Shown: one piece after another, positions 63,154 to 64,000 of the stretch
Layout: each line of letters opens with the position of its first letter
How positions within the stretch are numbered: the first letter of the stretch is position 1
Assembly (NCBI GenBank): GCA_026770705.1
Contig: JANJGN010000034.1
Location: 3,906,001-3,970,000 of the forward strand
Direction of reading: 5' to 3'
Length of the DNA stretch: 64,000 nt
Origin: Isurus oxyrinchus
Lineage: Eukaryota
The notes under the pieces: model-generated
What the model saw: only the letters and a program-made list of their open reading frames with translations
What the model was told of the DNA's origin: nothing
Databases searched by the model: none
Program-made: the position numbers and the translations under genes

Positions 63154-64000
63154 CTGCAAGGATGCAAGTGTGTAGATCAGTCGAAGCAAAGACGAAACAG
63201 ACAATAAAATGCAACTGAACTCCACTTCAATAATTCTGAACCCGCAATCACATTTTGTGAAAATTTAAAACTAATTCCACCGTTGTTCACTTGAAATCAG
63301 TAGGGCCCCCCGTTTGAAATAAACATACATTGATTCATCAAAATACCTAATACTTTATAAATCTGTTATTGCAATGAAACTGAGAACTCCCGTTTGAAAT
63401 TAAATGTAGGAAAACTGCATTAAAGAGATGGAACCATAATTTCTGACTGGTAGAACGATTATACCATGGATTTTAACAATTCTTCCTTGCGTGAAAAGTG
63501 GCGCTGAGAAATGCAACATTTGCTGCCTGTCGCTAACTCTGATTCAGAAGACAGTGATGATTCAAATTATTTAATCTCTGCATTCTTGTCTGCGTTAGCT
63601 GCGCCGTAAAAATGGAAATTTCACGTTTACCTTTCTGCAGCACTGGATTTACTTCCAAGTCACTATATGGTGCCGTTTGAAGTAGAGTTTGCTTGCCATG
63701 ATATCCCTATGCATCTGTTGTCCTTCCATATTTAGAAGGATGTGGATTAGGAAGGTGTTTGCGCCGGTGTCATGGCGAGATGCTGCAGTCAGTGTTGCAG
63801 ATGACGAGCCTTGCTGTCACGTCTGGTTGGGTCATGCTGATAATGATTATTTATGTTGCTGGATTCAGCAGGCTGTTTTAACGTGAACAGTGTATTTTTT
63901 CTTGGAAGTTTTTTGAAGCTCCACTCACCCAGTGAAGTCTATTTTAGCACAAACCTAATTTTGTCACTTGTATGTTGGGAGCATTTTTGGAGGCAGGATG

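Noticed and set aside
63631-63872. Possible larger minus-strand exon (aaacag...gtaaac)
   Set aside because: Stops in all three frames; cannot be supported as coding
1-64000. Prokaryotic features, CRISPR arrays, tRNA/rRNA genes
   Set aside because: None seen; sequence is eukaryotic intronic/TE-rich DNA and most short ORFs in the track are chance or TE-derived

Overview
Vertebrate genomic DNA, most likely a shark or other cartilaginous fish (inferred from its CR1, Tx1 and Penelope repeat families). It is dense in old, decayed repeats, and none of the long ORFs in the track looks like a host gene. Main content: (1) a minus-strand array of about 15-20 micro-exons that the ORF track misses (mostly 27 nt, also 21/30/36 nt). 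They have canonical splice sites, read open in phase 1, run from about 63.1 kb down to 0.3 kb, and join into a repeated coiled-coil/Cys module (36+27+27 nt plus a 27-nt linker). (2) A decayed 7.25-kb LTR provirus (1961-9211, +) with gag, RNase H/integrase and env remnants, apparently lacking protease/RT, with a Tx1 LINE tail inserted in env. (3) Penelope-like elements: a near full-length copy at 55.3-59.7 kb, an inverted copy at 40.9-42.2 kb, and short tails, all with minimal hammerhead-ribozyme-like motifs. (4) Many CR1/RTE/SINE fragments and two inverted duplications. Everything was read by eye without alignment or search tools, so TE boundaries are approximate unless TSDs are given.
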